The notes below the pieces were generated by a model. It saw only the letters and a program-made list of their open reading frames with translations, did no database searches and was not told the origin of the DNA. From Octopus vulgaris (lineage: Eukaryota): a DNA stretch of 64,000 nucleotides. Positions 15,244-27,879 of the stretch are shown piece after piece (the stretch's first letter is position 1; each line of letters begins with the position of its first letter). The position numbers were made by a program, and so were the translations under genes. The stretch spans positions 62,558,001 through 62,622,000 of the forward strand of contig OX597823.1 of the NCBI GenBank assembly GCA_951406725.2, read 5' to 3'.

Positions 15244-17541
15244 TTAGGTCATTAAAAATTAAATGCCCGATTTTCTAATGCACCAAGTTTGACAGTCGTT
15301 AACTCTAATGTTTTATCCTGACAATTCTTTGTTTTATAACATTGAAGAGTTACATCATCACTTTTCGAAATGCAGTTCATGGTGTCTGCTTATATTGTGA
15401 GTTTTCTCTTGTAAATCAATTTTTGTGAACCCATGGATAGATAAAAAATTCGTGTTGTTTAATGAATATGAGTTTTGTCATGGAACCAATGCATCCCAGA
15501 CAGCTCGAAACATCAATGAGGTGTTTGGTGAAGATGTGGCGAATAAGCACCCTGCACGTCGATAGTTTGAGAAGTTCCGGTCTGGTGGCTTTACTCTTGA
15601 AAATCAGCCTGAGACTAAGGCGAATGATGATGAGCAGGAAACTGTAGTGGAAGCGGATACATCTCAAACTACGCGTGAGTTAGCAGCAAGGTTTGATGGT
15701 CCAACCGTATTGGACCATCTGAAACAAATCGGCTTGATAAAGAAGCTAGACAAGTGGGTACCACACGAACTGAACAAGCATCAAGTGACACGTCGTCTTG
15801 AAACTTGCTCTTCTTTGCTATCATGGCAAAAAAGTGAACCAATTCGGTATCGTATCGTTACGTGTGATGAAAAATAGATTCTTTTGAACAATAGTAAGCG
15901 TTCTGCACGGTGGTTGGATAGAGACAAAGTACCAAAACATAATTCCAAAAAGAATATTCACTAAAAAAAAGCTAGTGGTGTCTGTTTGGTGGTCCAGCGA
16001 TGGTGTCATCCACTACAGCTTCATGAGACCTGGTAAGTCAATTACAGCGGGTGTATACATCAACCATTTGGATGAAATGATGAGTGAACTTGCATTGAAA
16101 CAACCAAGACTGGTCGATAGAAACAGGCTAATTCTCTAGTAAGACAATGCTCGACCACATGCTGCACAAAAAACGCTACACAAGTTATAGAAACTGATCT
16201 TCGAAGTACTCTCACATCCACCATATTCACCAGACCTTACACAACTGACTATCACGTTTTCCAGGCATTAGACAACTGTAGCGGACCCTTAGAGAAATCC
16301 TCCCCCCCCTCTCTCTCTCTCTTTCTCTCTCACTGACATATACGTATAACACAAATACGGACGTAGCAGATAACAGCCAACCTTCGTACCCTTAGGCCCA
16401 GTTGTGTCCACAACTCTGATTGGTTAGTTTGGGTGCAGTTTATCTCTTGCTTTATTTCGCGCCAGTGTGCAAACCAATCAATCGCAACCTTCCGATAAGG
16501 TCCCGTGACACTGCTTTCTAAAGCTAGTTTGAGCCTGTAGTTTGCTATCAAACACAGCGATTCATTGAATCGCACGTCTTTGGTTCTCACCACTGATCAC
16601 AGAGCACCCAGCGACACAGCCATGTTCCAGAGACAGTCAGCCAGTTCCAGCGACCGCGACACCACCACTAGCAGCATTTCAGGATCTTCACCACCGTCAC
16701 CTTCACCTTAATGTCGCCTTCATCTTAAAGTCGTCTCCACCATCGTCGCCTTTATCTTACGTACACAGCAACATCGCCCAGGTTTAACTTCACGCTGTTT
16801 ATGAGTACTTCACCATGGTTAACAGCTAGCTCAGCCTGCGAGAACCTTCTGTACCAAGTAACCCGGCACAGCATAGAAGCTACAACCGCTACATGACATG
16901 TGTTCAACCGGCTCTGCCTTGTGACCTCAACTATTGTGCGAACTGGTATCTATCTTCAACTTGTGTCTGAACTTCTAGCGTCCTGTTATAGACTCATTTC
17001 TATGCTCTGTATTTTATCTCACATGCATACACCCTTGTTTGTACACACCTACACGTTATGTATGCTTAGCGGTCTGTCTATTATTATTCTTATTATATAT
17101 GTACTTATGACGCACACAGGTACACACACTCTGCTACCCACATGTTAACATCTAAATAAACCTTTCTCTTTAACATACTGCGGTTGTATTGTCTTTCTCC
17201 ATATTCTTTCTGGCATCTGTATTCGTTTATCCATATTTTGACTTTTATTGTAAGGCGACCGTGCGGTGTTTAAAAGGAGTCGTTCATTTGCCACCATCTC
17301 ATTTCGCACGGTCGAAGGAAAAACTTCAAATCTGAAGAAGATGCAAAAACATCCTTTCGTGATTTCATCATCTCTTGCTCTCCAGAATTCTTCGCTGCTG
17401 GCATAAATAAGCTACCGATAAAATGGCAAAACTGTGTTGATAATTTAGGTGCATACTTTGATTAACTGCATTGCATTTTCTCGAGATAAAGTAAAATAAA
17501 CTTTCAGTTGAAAATCGGATATTTTATTCTTAATGATCTGA
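15244..17541 (+). mobile_element. mariner transposon, full length but defective, with a ~1-kb internal insertion
   Basis: TIRs ttaggtcattaaaaattaaatgcccgattttc / rc tcagatcattaagaataaaatatccgattttc with TA TSD. Transposase motifs WVPHEL, IVTCDEK, DNARPH and HPPYSPDL, with stops and frameshifts. Confidence 0.92.
16277..17296 (+). mobile_element. solo-LTR-like insertion inside the mariner transposase
   Basis: Interrupts the transposase after ...ALDN; the frame resumes at GKNFKSEED near 17315. Starts TGTAGCGG, has AATAAA at ~17155 and a candidate CA end at 17296. No clean TSD. Confidence 0.5.
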
Positions 17542-17849
17542 TATCTTTTTACGATTATATATAAATATATTTTTCAATAAATATATTCAAACGACATTTT
17601 GCGTTAATTAAGTTTCTGAAACAGCTATTTATACTAATCGTTATGTAGAACGGGATTAATTGTGATCATCAGCCGAATTGAGTTTGAAACAAGAGCATCA
17701 ACCGAATCGAGCTTGAAAATAAATATTAAGAAATTTTGAAAATAACTAGTTCAAATAACTAGATCAAGTTTTTTTCTCGGCACTTGAAAATAAATATAAC
17801 AAAAATTTTTAAATGTGTTTTAGATTAATTACCATTAGATGAAAAATAC

Positions 17850-18835
17850 TGTTACGAACCTGCCGTCGCTCAACTCGAACTCGGGACCCTAAGTCGAGCG
17901 ACGACGACGACCACGCTCAGTCAAACGGAAATCCACCACAGAAAACGGTTATGGCTTGTCAGCGAACACAGACCGGTGACCGGAGACAACAACAACAACA
18001 ACAGGAAGAGAGAGACACGGCGGAAGGCAGTTGCTTACATTTAACAACAGTTTATCCAATTGTTACAACATCAAATAAAACGTAATACATATCAGATACA
18101 TTTAAGAGAAGCATTTACAACAGATTGTACAGGGTTAAAAGAAGAAAAACAAACAATAACAATCAATGCATGCACAATACACGACGTTCGAAAACAGTCC
18201 ACATTAAATGTTCTTCCTCTTCTCTTCAACAATTCTTTTTTTTTACATTTAACAGATTACAGTTTGTCACAATGTTCTTTTCCCTTCTTTTTCCTTCTCT
18301 TTTTTACAGTTCTCTTTACACAATGTTCTTTTCCCTTTTTTTAACACAGTTCACAAGTTCTTTTCTCTTTTCTTTTCACATTTCACATCAACATCCAAAA
18401 TTCAACAACAAAAACATAAACATTACCGCACGTTCCGAGTCTGCAACAACCTCAGCTCCCACTACAAATAGCCATGCCTTCTCGCCGTAATCTCCCTCAC
18501 TTCCTCTCTACTGACATGTCCTCAATCCCCTGTGTCTGTCTTTCTCGCCACGCTTGTCATCCCTGTCGTTGCCTCTCGCCTGACATCTCTCACATTCACT
18601 GTCTCTGCCCAAACTGACCACTAACCCCAATGCCAGCCGCATTTATAAAGGGTAGCATTTTTATTTCTTTCTTAAATTTTGCTTGACCGGATAAGGGTCA
18701 GAGGTACCTTCCAACCTCATTAATTTCCCTTACCGGTAACAAGACAAAAGGCCCATAACTTGTTTCTCCAGCCTGTCCGGCACCAAACCAACGAAACTGG
18801 GTCATAGCACTTTTTCTCCGACTGACCTCGTATCA
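17850..18835. mobile_element. solo LTR (Gypsy-like, 4-bp TSD)
   Basis: TGTTACGA...TCGTATCA terminal inverted ends; ATAC duplicated at 17846-17849 and 18836-18839. Confidence 0.8.
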
Positions 18836-18939
18836 ATACGTTAGATTAATTGCTACAAGATCAATTGTATTTTAAATATTTTCGCCGGATACTATGTTAA
18901 ACATACAGATACCAACATACGCATTCAGTTGTTGTTTTA

Positions 18940-19063
18940 TGCACACCACACACACACACACACAGAGAGTCTCACACAGTCACGTTCACACAAACACTCA
19001 CACACAATTTCAAATAGTTACGTGCACACAGTCTCATACAGGTACGCGCGCGCGCACACACGC

Positions 19064-19095
<32 letters not shown>

Positions 19096-19441
19096 CGTTT
19101 CATACAGTTACGCGCGCACACACATACGCAATCTCATACCGATACGCGCGCGCACAAGCACAAGTTTCATTCAGTTACGCGCACACGCACACTCACAGTT
19201 TCATACAGTTACGCGCATGCACACATACACACACAGAGAGTACCATACAATTATACGCACACACAAACACAGTCTCATAGTTACAAGAGCGCCGTCGCGC
19301 ACACATACGCACACACACACACACACAAACGCTCACACACACACACATACGCACGCGCACACGCACACACGCACACACATACCTTCACACACACATACCT
19401 TCACACACACATACGTACGCGTGCACACACACACACACACA
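18940..19441. repeat. degenerate (CA)n-rich minisatellite
   Basis: Recurrent catacagttacgcgc/(CA)n units. Confidence 0.85.
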
Positions 19442-19442
19442 G

Positions 19443-19849
19443 ATACCTATTTCTTTACTACCCACAAGGGGCTAAACACAGACAGGACAAACAAAGACAG
19501 ACAAACGGATTAAGTCGATTATATCGCCCCCAGTGCGTAACTGGTACTTATTTAATCGACCCCGAAAGGATGAAAGGCAAAATCGACCACGGCGGAATTT
19601 GAACTCAGAACGTAAAGACAGACGAAATACCTATTTCTTTATTACCCACAAGGGGCTAAACAAGGACAGACATAGGTATTAAGTCGATTACATCGACCCC
19701 AGTGCGTAACTGGTACTTATTAATCGACCCCGAAAGGATGAAAGGCAAAGTCGACCACGGCGGAATTTGAACTCAGAACGTAAAGACAGACGAAATACCG
19801 CTAAGCATTTCGCCCGGCGTGCTAACGTTTCTGCCAGCTCGCCGCCTTA
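19443..19849 (-). mobile_element. tRNA-derived SINE with duplicated 3' half
   Basis: Minus strand ggcggcgagctggcagaaacgttagc...gagttcaaattcc (A/B boxes), body agtaccagttacgcactggggtcgat; the 3' part occurs twice. Confidence 0.85.
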
Positions 19850-20044
19850 TACACACACAAAGATACCAGCTGACAATCAGCGTTATATTTTTCATTTATT
19901 TATTACAAGAATGATCTGCCATTTATTGATGTAAATCATATTTTAGATCCAATGAATAATAATATATATTACATAATATCTTTGTAATTCACTGATTTTC
20001 TTTACAGTATTATCTTTTCTATTCACTTCAACATTGAAGTTTAA

Positions 20045-20165
20045 TTTGTCAAAATATTTTCGTCGCTTTAAGACCGCGACCTGTTCACTGACAAAAATCC
20101 GTGCAGCACGGATTTTTGTCAGTGAACAGGTCGCGGTCTTAAAGCGACGAAAATATTTTGACAAA
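20045..20165. repeat. perfect 121-bp palindrome (60-bp arms, 1-nt loop)
   Basis: tttgtcaaaatattttcgtcgc...ccgtgc A gcacgg...gcgacgaaaatattttgacaaa. Confidence 0.97.
20115..20165 (+). ncRNA. type I minimal hammerhead ribozyme variant, G3-C8 core (mirror copy 20045-20095 on minus)
   Basis: tttgtca|GTGAACA g|gtcgc-ggtcttaaa-gcgac|GAAA atat T T|tgacaaa: 7-bp stem I, 5-bp stem II, palindromic stem III AATATT. Confidence 0.7.
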
Positions 20166-20229
20166 AGGCGGCGAGCTGGCAGAATCGTTAGCACGTCGGG
20201 CGAAATGCGTAGCCGTATTTCGTCTGCCG
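20166..20229 (+). mobile_element. 5' head of a tRNA-derived SINE split by a LINE insertion (remainder 25536-25972)
   Basis: Matches the head of the SINEs at 19849 and 26556. Confidence 0.85.
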
Positions 20230-20684
20230 CACGTGTGTTCGTGGTAAGAATTGCTGTTAATATTGTTAATAACTGTTGTTTCTTGTTAAACTGTTGAATA
20301 ACTTAACTGTTGGAGTTTTCAATTGAAAACACTTAGTGCTTGTGGTAGCACGCGTTGTTCATTCCCCTTTTGGGGGGAAGAATGTCGTCTAGCATGGAGC
20401 CTACCGTTGGAGCAGAAATACTTGTTTCTCCTGTTTAGAGGAGGAAAAACATGTCCGGCGAGGAGCCAACTACAGACAGGGAAATAAGGGTTTCCCCCGC
20501 TACAAGAAGGAATAGCAGAGTGGATAATATATTTGATTTTTTTGGAGATGTATCTGAGAGCTCGTCAGAACTTTCACCAGAAAAGTTTCCGACTTTGCCA
20601 GAGAACAAAGGCATTGTGTCGAAGTGAATAATTGATGTACCTAGCATCCAGATAGAACCAAAAAATGGAAAAAGAAGTTTTGCG

Positions 20685-21948
20685 TTGGCTGCTGGGGGTG
20701 GAACCCGGCTACTGTCGACGAATAAAAGCGACTTTATGAAATACAGCCAAATGATGAAAATAACTGACAACGGTGTGAAAATTGAACCTCCGCAAAAGTT
20801 ATTACAAGAAGAAAAGCAAAAAACAATAATTTTCAAAACATATTGTCTACAAAAAAGAAAAAATTGAAAGAATGTCAGAAGAGAAAATAGAAAAGTGCTT
20901 AAAGCCAATATGGGGCGACGTAGTTTATCTGAGAAGAGGCAAAAAAATCGGAACGGTGGAAGTAAGGTTCACCAATAAAGAAATAGCACACAAGAACTCA
21001 GTTGAAACGCTGAAAACGAACGACGTGGAGCTCATCCCCTATTATACGGGGATGAGGACGTCCAGAATAAAAATTACAAGGGTCCCGCCAGAAGTCGACC
21101 CAATGTGGTTGTTGGCGGCAGTCCTAATCAAAGAGGTAGAAAAGATTACTCTCCTCCAGGCTACCGCTACGGAAAACCCACGCTGGAATGATCAAACAAT
21201 TAATCTTCTCATTCAAGCGGACCCTAAAATAATTCAAGCAATTCCCGAGTCAATTGAGGTAGGGGAGGAGAGCATCGTGGTGTTTGTTGAGGGCCGAAAA
21301 CCTCGATGTTTTTTATGTGGTCAATTAGGCCACATTCGAAGGAACTGCAAGGAAAATGAAGAAGAGGAAGAAGAGGAGAAAAAAGACAAAGAGGAAGAAG
21401 ATAAAGAAGAAACAGATGAGAAAAAAACAACAAACAAAAGAAAAATACAACCAGCAACCCAGCCGAAAGCGGCGACTACTACAGAACAACGACCAAAAAA
21501 GACTGCCAGAAGAGAAAAAGAAGAAAAAGGCATAATAGCCGTATACACTAAAGATACTGAGCTCATGAGAGACATTCAACTGATAAAGACTGTAAAAAAA
21601 ATAGATAACCTTTCAGAGGAATTTATCAATTACGACATATATGAAGTCTCAAATAAGACTTATAGAATTCTACAAAGCAAATACAGAAAGACTGTATCTT
21701 CATTAAGATTAGATTTTAACAAGTCGATATTTCATGGATTACCAGCCCCGATCCCGCGAGAAAAGGAAAAGGTGGAGATTCCCCCTCCACCTGATAATTC
21801 TGTGTCGGTGGTGAGACGGGATTTTGACAAATCTATTTCCCAAAACCGTCTACCTCCGACCCTGGATCAAAAAAAGGTGGAGGGTCCCCCTCCACCGGAC
21901 AATCCTGTTTATACAGGTAAGTCATGTCTATTCACATTGGTTGTTTAA
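20685..21948 (+). pseudogene. LINE ORF1 (gag-like, CCHC zinc knuckle), frameshifted near 20870
   Basis: CFLCGQLGHIRRNC knuckle, E/K-rich segment, homologous to ORF 47070-48242. The true start may lie further upstream (~20382) with a stop. Confidence 0.85.
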
Positions 21949-24900
21949 ATGTTCATGGCCTGTTGTCAAGCTGGAAGCAAGGACGCTTTCTAAATGACAT
22001 CAGGTCGAGAAATTTGGATGTAATTGTCGCAACGGAAACCCGGGTGAAGGGGCTAAGAGATCTGCTCCCCCTCCTGAACGGCTACGAGAAATACGTTTCT
22101 CCGAGTCGGGCGGGAGGGGGGTGGGGTGTGGGTCCTACTAAAAAGAAACCGGGTAGCCGAGAAAAAGTTGGTTTTTTCTGACCCAGAAGGCAGGCTGGTC
22201 GTTGTGGCAAGACAATCAGGCTGGTCGCTATTTACGCACCAAACATTATTGGCCCGCAAACTGACCTGGGAAAGTTCCTAGCCACGTCGCATTCACTAGT
22301 AGTGTTAGGAGACTCTAATACAATATGTGCAGCACACACAGATTGTGTTGGCTCAAGCTCGAACATGAACAGAAAATGTAACCCAGGCTTTCGGGATCTG
22401 CTAAGTCAATTTCAGCTAGCAGATCCATATAGGTTGGAGCACCCGAACACTCCACAGTGGACGTGGTCAAATATTGACGGGTCTACCAGAACATATCTAG
22501 ATAGGATTTTAATTAGAGAAAAAGATAAGTCCATAGTTGAGTGTCCACAGTTTTTTCTAGTCAGCTACAGTGACCACAAGATGGTTACCTGTAAACTGAC
22601 GGTAGATAAGTTGCATAGACAGGGATCTGGCAACTGGAAACTCAATACGTCCCTTTTGGCGATTGAGGAGTACAGAAAGCGGATCAAGATGTTAATACAG
22701 AGGGCATTAACAGGTACCATCATTAATAACAAATGGTGGTACGCCCTAAAAAGAGCCATCAAATATGAGTCTATTAGGTTTAGCATAAGTTTAGCTAAGA
22801 AGGGACGTAAAATAGGAGATGGTCTAGTTAAGGAACTAGAAGAAGCCTGGAGGACTGGTAATACAGACCAAGCGAGGGTGAAAAGACTGGAGTTAAACCA
22901 ACATCTTGAAGCCCACCACATGGGAAGTATTACCAGAGCTAAGTTACGTGCAATGGGAAGTGAAAGAATCAAAGCCGCTGGATGGGCCCGAGTGGTGGAA
23001 GCTCGGCAAGGAAATAGTTCCTCTATTCGGTCTTTGACGAATCAAAATGGTGTCTTGGTAAACGAACCCGAGAAAATGTGTGAGGTCTTTCGGGAGTACT
23101 TCGCCCAGCTGTTCGGGGGTGACGGCGGTCCTGGTGGTGGGAGAGCCCTCGAGGACTTTCTTACCGGGCTGCCGTGCCTCTCGGGGTCGGATGCGGAGTC
23201 TTGCGAAGGGCCAATCACACCTGAGGAGGTGATGGAGGCTTTGGCCGATTGTAAAGCGGGTAAGTCACCGGGACTTGATGGTCTTCCGTACGAGCTGTAT
23301 AAATGTATGCCAGACTTGTTCGGGCAACTACTGACTGACGTGTACGCGAACTGGAAACAGAATGGGTTTATCCCCAGATCTGTGCGCCGGGGAGTAGTGA
23401 CGTTGGTCAGAAAGGACCCGGACAAGGGGGACGTTCTAGAGAATTTCAGGCCCATCACTCTGTTAAACGCAGAAGTGAAGATTTTGGCCAAGGTTCTAGC
23501 AAAAAGGTTGGCGCGTGTCGCGAATGGTATAGTCGGGGAGGCACAGACATGTGCCATCCCAGGCAGAACCATTCAGGATACCCTCCATCTTATTCGCTAT
23601 ACCATAGAGAGGGTTGGTAATAAATCTGGCAAAGGTGGGGCATTGGTGCATTTGGACCAGTCTAAAGCTTTTGATAGGGTTGACCATCGATACCTAGCGA
23701 CTGTACTTGCGCGGTTTGGCCTGGGTCTTGGCTTCCTCAGGTGGTTTATCGCTTTGTACCACAACATTGACTCGATTGTTCGGGTGAACGGTTTCCTTTC
23801 GAAGCCGTTCTGTATCAAACGCTCGGTTCGTCAAGGATGTCCGCTTTCACCACTTTTGTATGTGATGGCTCTCGAGCCATTACTGCAAAGGTTGAGTGGC
23901 ATCCCGAGAGAACCAGGACTAGAGGAGTTTGTTATGGCTTTCGCGGATGATATCACTATCAGTGTAACCACAGTAGCACGCCTACGTGAAGTAGGTAAAA
24001 CTATTGAGGCTTACGAGAAGGTAGCAGGAGCAAAGATTAACCGGGAAAAGTCGGTCGGCTTGCAGCTCGGCACCTGGGTTGGCAAGTCGATGCCTTCAGA
24101 CAGCGTTGTTAGGCGCTGGACGGAGGGACCGGTTAAGTTGCTGGGAGTCTGGTTTGGACCAGGCCTCCAGATAGAGAAGAACTGGACGGAGGTATTGAGC
24201 AGGGTGGCTGCAGTAGTCAAGACCTGGTCTTGGCGGTGGCTATCTCTGAAAGGGAAGGCGGAGGTGGCCAATGTGTTTATCGCATCGGTCATTACCTACC
24301 GCCTGACTGTCGTGCCCTGTCCGGATTCGTGGTTGATCAGGTTGGAGAGACAGCTCTTTCGCATTTTGTGGAAGGGCAGGTCGCCACTTGTGAAACTCTC
24401 TGTCTGCTGTCAAAAGCCTTTAAAGGGAGGTTTAGGGATGCCTTGGTTAATGATGCGCAGACATGCGTTGAGGTTGAGACACCTCTGGATTCTCCTGGAT
24501 AGTGAACGGGTGTGGTCTCCGCTAGCCAGACAAATGTTCCCTGAGTTCAAGAGTTTTTGCGAACAGGAAGCCTGGTGTTCTCGTAGACCGAGGTCGAGTG
24601 AGTGGCATAAAGAGTGCCGTAAGGACCTCTTGCTTTTCCGGCGCTCGGGCAACGCCAGCGGTGGGGGTTCCACACGGATTTTATATAGTGGGTTGGTAGA
24701 GTCTGAATGCGACGATGACCTGGGGTTGACTCTAGGTTTCGGATTTATTCAACTGGACAGCTTGTTTCATCGTACATTCGGGTTGAGAACGTTGGACAAC
24801 TTCCAAAAGTCCTTAACCTGGCAATGTTACAGAAGTGCCTTTCCCGTTTGGGATAAGCTCGCAAGACATGGTAAACGTCAGTCGCCGACCTGTCCAAGAT

Positions 24901-25296
24901 GCGGGGGGGGGGGGCAGGGAAACCATCCCTCACGCTATTGTTCAGTGTCCGGAGATAACTGAAATGTGGGCTTATGCTGAACATCTGTTGTCCGGCGAAG
25001 TAAGAGTACGGCTGTCGACTGAGTCAATTATAAAAATTGACCCACCGGAAGTTCTAACGAACGAAGGTAAGAATTGTTTTCTCACGGTTGTAGCAATAGC
25101 AAAAGAGGCTGTATGGAAGACTAGGATAAAAGGAATTAAGACAGGCAACTTTATGTCTGGTCACAATTTACGATCTTTTTTCTCTTTTCATTTGAAAAGG
25201 AAACTGTGGCTGGAGAAGAGGTGTCTGTCGGAATGTACGTTCCAAAAGAGATGGAAGTATGTTGCACGAGTGTTGTGCGTGCAAGGAACCGTGTGA
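21924..25296 (+). pseudogene. LINE ORF2 (APE endonuclease, reverse transcriptase, C-terminal Zn motif) with frameshifts
   Basis: GCLNVHGL...ETR, YLDRIL, SDH, KSPGLDG, FRPITLLN, DQSKAFD, RQGCPLSP, AFADD, CPRC...ETIPHAIVQC. Breaks at ~22120-22300 and at the poly-G near 24905. Confidence 0.93.
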
Positions 25297-25535
25297 ATAG
25301 ACGAAAAAAATAAATAAATAAAAAGGTATCAGCGGTAGATCGGGGCTTGTGGGATCGGAGCGTAACTTGATCATCACTTCATTTGTATTGTTTCTGTACT
25401 GTGTATTCCATTCGATTTTTATGTATTGTATTTTATTTTTGAAGTCACATTTATGTAAAATCATATCGATTCACTGATCCCATCAGTTGTACTGCCCATA
25501 TCTATGTTTGGCCCCCGATGGGCAATAAAGAAATT

Positions 25536-25972
25536 CGTATTTCGTCTGCCGTTACGTAGAGTTCAAATTCCGCCGAGGTCGAGGCAGAAACGTTAGCACG
25601 CTGGGCGAAATGCATAGCCGTATTTCGTCTGCCGTTACGTTCTGAGTTCAAATTCCGCCGAGGTCGAGGCAGAAACGTTAGCACACCGGGCGAAATGCGT
25701 TGCCGTATTTCGTCTGCCGATACGTTCTGAGTTCAAATTCCGCCGAGGTCGAGGCAGAAACGTTAGCATGCCGGGCGAAATGCGGAGCCGTATTTCGTCT
25801 GCCGATACGTTCTGAGTTCAAATTCCGCCGAGGTTGACTTTGCCTTTCATCTTTTCATGGTCGATTAAATAAGTACCAGTTACGCACTGGGGTCGATATA
25901 ATCGACTTAATCCGTTTGTCTGTCCTTGTTTGTCCTCTCTGTGTTTAGCCCCTTGTGGGTAGTAAAGAAATA
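25536..25972 (+). mobile_element. SINE remainder with three extra tandem ~85-bp head repeats
   Basis: Unit ttacgttctgagttcaaattccgccgaggtcga-ggcagaaacgttagc...cgtctgccg starts at 25552, 25635, 25720 and 25805; normal SINE body follows. Confidence 0.9.
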
Positions 25973-26057
25973 GATTTAAAAAATAATTTTTTGTAACTAC
26001 TCTGTAGGCCAGTCGAAAAGGAAAGTGTAAATTGTACACAAATTAGAGTGGCCGGCT

Positions 26058-26282
26058 TCACAGAACACAAATTTGTGACCAATACAGGTGACCTGACAGG
26101 AACCCAGTTACTAGAAGTGAACGAGTCGCTCTTAGTGCGACAAGGTTCAAGAGACAGATTAGCGAATTAGATAAACAGGTTTCAGCGGAGGCAATCGTTA
26201 ACAACAAATGGTAGTTCACTCTAAAAAGAGTGATTACAAAGGAATCAACTACGAGTAGCAAAATAGTAGCGATAAAGAAAAT
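26058..26282 (+). mobile_element. degraded Tx1-type ORF2 fragment
   Basis: HKFV...Y*K*N...AIVNNKW*FTLKRVI parallels ORF2 at 22575-22800. Confidence 0.6.
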
Positions 26283-26332
26283 AGGGGAATGTAGGTCTGA
26301 AATTCTCTACCGTCTCTATGCCTACAATTACT

Positions 26333-26556
26333 TATTTCTTTACTACCCACAAGGGGCTAAACACAGAGAGCATAGACAAACGGATTAAGTCGATGATATC
26401 GACCCCCGTGCGAAACTGGTACTTTATTTATCGACCCCGAAAGGATGAAAGGCAAAGTCGACCTCGGCGGAATTTGAACTTAGAATGTAGCGGCAGACGA
26501 AATACCGCTAAGTATTTCGCCCGGTGTGCTAACGTTTCTGCCAGCTCGCCGCCTTA
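26333..26556 (-). mobile_element. complete tRNA-derived SINE with 17-bp TSD
   Basis: TSD ctatgcctacaattact at 26316-26332 and 26557-26573. Confidence 0.92.
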
Positions 26557-26728
26557 CTATGCCTACAATTACTCTCACCCCATTATCAGGAATAGTAGGA
26601 GTGTGTTATAAAGGGCAGTAGCGAAGACATACAGAGACAGAGAAAGAAAAAGAGAGACAAAGAGATTTAGGGAGAGCTGATGTTTTATTAAAAGTAGTAG
26701 GGCTGATGGTGGCAGTGAAAGTAATAAT

Positions 26729-27455
26729 AAAAGAGAAAGAAAATGTAGGTGTGCGCCCATTCTAAAAGAGGTCACCAGTAGCTACGGTAAACAAATAACA
26801 GTGCAAATCGAAAAGAAATCCTCCCCCTCCCCCCGATAGGGCCGCTTTTAAGCTAACTGTTTATCATGTATGATTATCAATATAATAATCATTCACACAT
26901 TATACTTTAAGTAGAGGAGGAGTAAAAGTGAGAGAGGGAGGGATGTGATGAGAGAAGAAAGTGCGAAGTAGAGAAAGATAAGGCTAAATGGGTCAAGTGG
27001 TTGGTTGATCTGAGATTCATTGTATTTCTTTTTTTTTTCAGCCTTGAATGATTTCCTGAATTCCTGTGACCTAATATGCGAACCGGCAGTTTTTGCCGTC
27101 CTCACCATGCTAACATTTGCCCCGCAGGTAGAATTTACAGGTTCTTCGGTGCCTTCCAGATTTCTTCTTTCCTGGAGTGTACTGGGTGGCATTGGATCCT
27201 CCATCGGGTCTCTGCTGTTTGTGTGGTGGGTTGGGGTTTCAGCTTTGGTTGTTTTGCCTTTTCCTCCTTTTACCTCCTTGAATATACACACACACACACT
27301 CATATAAAGAGAAAGAAAAAGTAGGTGTGCGCCCATTCTAAAAGAGGTCACCAGTAAACAAATAGCATTGCAAATCGAAAAGAAATCCTCCCCCTCACCC
27401 CGATAGGGCGGCTTTTAAGCTAACTGTTTATCATGTATGATTATCAATATAATAA

Positions 27456-27457
<2 letters not shown>
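26729..27457. repeat. ~150-bp direct repeats (26729-26889 and 27307-27457) flanking ~420 bp
   Basis: aaagagaaagaaaa.gtaggtgtgcgcccattctaaaagaggtcacc...gattatcaatataataat occurs twice. Confidence 0.85.
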
Positions 27458-27506
<49 letters not shown>

Positions 27507-27588
27507 TAAATATGCACAATATATATATATATATATACTAAATATGCACAATATATATATATATATATATATATACTAAATATGCACA

Positions 27589-27619
<31 letters not shown>

Positions 27620-27706
27620 TATTAGAGACAAAACCACTATTTTGCAAAACAAACAAGGAAAGACTTAATCAATACATAAAATTTTAATAAATAGTCAAAA
27701 AAACCG

Positions 27707-27749
27707 CCACTACAATCGTTTCTTGTCTTGATCGACAATCTTCAGGTGG
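27707..27749 (-). ncRNA. type I minimal hammerhead ribozyme (canonical CUGAAGA core) in a Penelope-like pLTR remnant
   Basis: ccac|CTGAAGA|ttgtc-gatcaa-gacaa|GAAAC gatt GTA|gtgg. Lies between 22-bp inverted repeats 27610-27631 / 27779-27800. Confidence 0.85.
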
Positions 27750-27879
27750 ACTTCAATAAGTCAGTTTCAAATTTCATATTGTCTCTAATAATATTTTATA
27801 ATATTTTACTATAAAATTGGATTTAATTCTAAATCTGATTTTTTTCCCTGTAAATTTGGATTTATTCCCTAATATTTAT

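Larger units (their letters stand above)
20230..25535 (+). mobile_element. full-length L1/Tx1-type LINE (~5.3 kb) with 16-bp TSD
   Basis: TSD cgtatttcgtctgccg at 20214-20229 and 25536-25551. Two ORFs; AATAAA at the 3' end. Confidence 0.93.

Noticed and set aside
25552-25835. Regular ~85-bp repeats suggesting a CRISPR or tRNA array
   Set aside because: No unique spacers and a eukaryotic context; the units are SINE heads and lack a full tRNA cloverleaf.
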